In this document: in pieces, positions 62,871 to 64,000 of the stretch
How positions within the stretch are numbered: the first letter of the stretch is position 1
Layout of the letters: every line of letters starts with the position of its first letter
Assembly: GCA_008632985.1 (NCBI GenBank)
Contig: QPGO01000037.1
Span: forward strand, 310,001 to 374,000
Reading direction: 5' to 3'
From: Psammoneis japonica
Taxonomy: Eukaryota
Length of the DNA stretch: 64,000 nt
The notes under the pieces: generated by a model
Told to the model about the DNA's origin: nothing
The model's input: the letters and a program-made list of their open reading frames with translations, nothing else
Databases searched by the model: none
Translations under genes and position numbers: made by a program

Positions 62871-63695
62871 TCAGTCTCTCAGGAGATGCAGCTGAGCTTG
62901 CAATCGGATTGGTGGAACACAAGACCACTGCTTGTGCCTTTGAACTCATGCTTGCTCTGTTCCCCAAGTCGTGCAAACGCCATGCCACCCTGCTTGGGCA
63001 CTGCTCTGTTTTTCTGGCAGCAGCCCAGTGTGGCAACCATTCCAAGAACCAACAGACGGCTGTCATTCTTTATGACCTTTGCTCAGGGAGTGAAGGTGAT
63101 GTTAACTTGTTTGCATTGTCCTGCAATGTTGCCCCGCTGTTCAACATTGTCAACCAGACCAAGCTTTGCTCCTTCCATTGCAAGTGCGGATGTGGAATCC
63201 CACAAGATCCCAAGTGTGCCTTGAGCTTTGAAAAGCACAATGGCATCTGCAATTGGGGAGACACAGCTCATCTCAAGATGACCCACTTGGAGAATGCAAC
63301 GTTGCTCCAGGATCTTGATCCTTTCTTGTCTCCTCATGTTTTGGTGCTTTGACTCCAAAGTTCTTTGGTCAATCCGAAGTTGAATCTGTTTCTGTGACTC
63401 TTCAAGCAAACTGGGGAGTGACAGGATTTGAACAGGATTTGGGTGCGCGCGAAATGTCGCACGCTGTTTAGTTCACCGCGCACAGTTTTGTGTGCTCTTC
63501 AGTTCTGCGCGTGCGTGCGATGCAGTTTGCTTTCGAGCCACTTCTGCTCACAAGAATGATGACAGCAGCCCGATTGTGCCAACTTGCACATCTTTTGGCT
63601 CCTGTGACGGTCTCTGAGCGGAGACTCATCTGCCATTTAGACAGCAGCAAGGAGTTGTTGTTTGAATTCTTGCCGTTTGCCTTCAATTTCTGTCA

Positions 63696-64000
63696 GTCCA
63701 CCCGAATCACAACAAACCCTTCCACATTGATCATGCAAGATGGAAAGCTGGTGGTGCGTTGGTCACAGAAGCTCAGTGCAGCGCAGCAAAATCATTCAGC
63801 CATCAAGAAGGAACTTCTCGGGGCGGCAATGTGTTTCAAAGAATTCCGTTCTATGTTGCTTGGAGCTGATTGCGCTGTTTTGCTTGTCACAAAAATCTCA
63901 CCTTTTGCATGTTCAATTCTCAACAAGCACTCAGGTGGAGGCTCTTTTTGGAGGACTTTGCTCCAACTTTTGAGCATGTTGATGGCAAGGACAACCTGTC
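63696..64000 (+). mobile_element. Continuation of Gypsy element D (RNase H)
   Basis: HPNHNKPFHI, KLSA.Q.N....KELL, KEFRSMLLG and HKNL continue the reading interrupted at 56163. Confidence 0.85.

Larger units (their letters stand above)
56164..63695 (+). mobile_element. Non-autonomous Copia (CoDi-like) LTR element E inserted in element D
   Basis: 5-bp TSD GTCCA (56159-56163 and 63696-63700). Intact 277-bp LTR at 63419-63695 (TGACAG...CTGTCA) preceded by a GGGGAG PPT. 5' LTR split into 56164-56279, 56613-56654 and 60440-60558. CGCGIPQDPKCAL..EKHNG..W.D resembles the CoDi YG.EIPRD...AL..D..NG...W.DA motif. Confidence 0.85.

Noticed and set aside
63419..63695. Deleted MITE derivative of a TGACAG-ended DNA transposon
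   Set aside because: The GTCCA TSD spans 56164-63695 and a PPT precedes it, so it is the 3' LTR of element E.
46330..64000. Dense overlapping Cys/His-rich ORFs in all six frames (also 1-4360 and 23.0-24.7k)
   Set aside because: TA depletion removes TAA/TAG stops and turns Tyr into Cys/His, producing spurious long ORFs that mimic metal-binding proteins.
1..64000. Alternative genetic code or Tyr reassignment
   Set aside because: Host genes and the 3' half of element C use Tyr normally, and the changes also occur in non-coding LTRs, TIRs and a TSD.

Overview
Eukaryotic DNA, most likely a diatom (inferred from a bipartite plastid-targeting leader, short GT-AG introns and CoDi-like Copia motifs). 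Gene islands (ORC2, DUF1415, two TBL/PC-esterase paralogs, CLN3/BTN1, two HMG-box paralogs, TRM10-like, dolichol kinase, SLC35F-like) alternate with nested transposon blocks: four Ty3/Gypsy elements, two Copia derivatives, a CRE-like LINE relic, an IS630/Tc1-type DNA transposon and MITEs. The main signal is a repeat-restricted, strand-symmetric, post-insertion TpA->TpG/CpA hypermutation, the reverse direction of fungal RIP. It explains 22 of 23 hand-counted differences in three LTR pairs. It turns conserved Tyr into Cys/His, converts a TA target-site duplication into CA...TG, stops abruptly at gene borders and even inside one element, and breaks the LTR dating clock. I know of no description of this process but cannot search the literature. 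Several host genes carry isolated frameshifts that look like assembly indels. All counts were made by eye.
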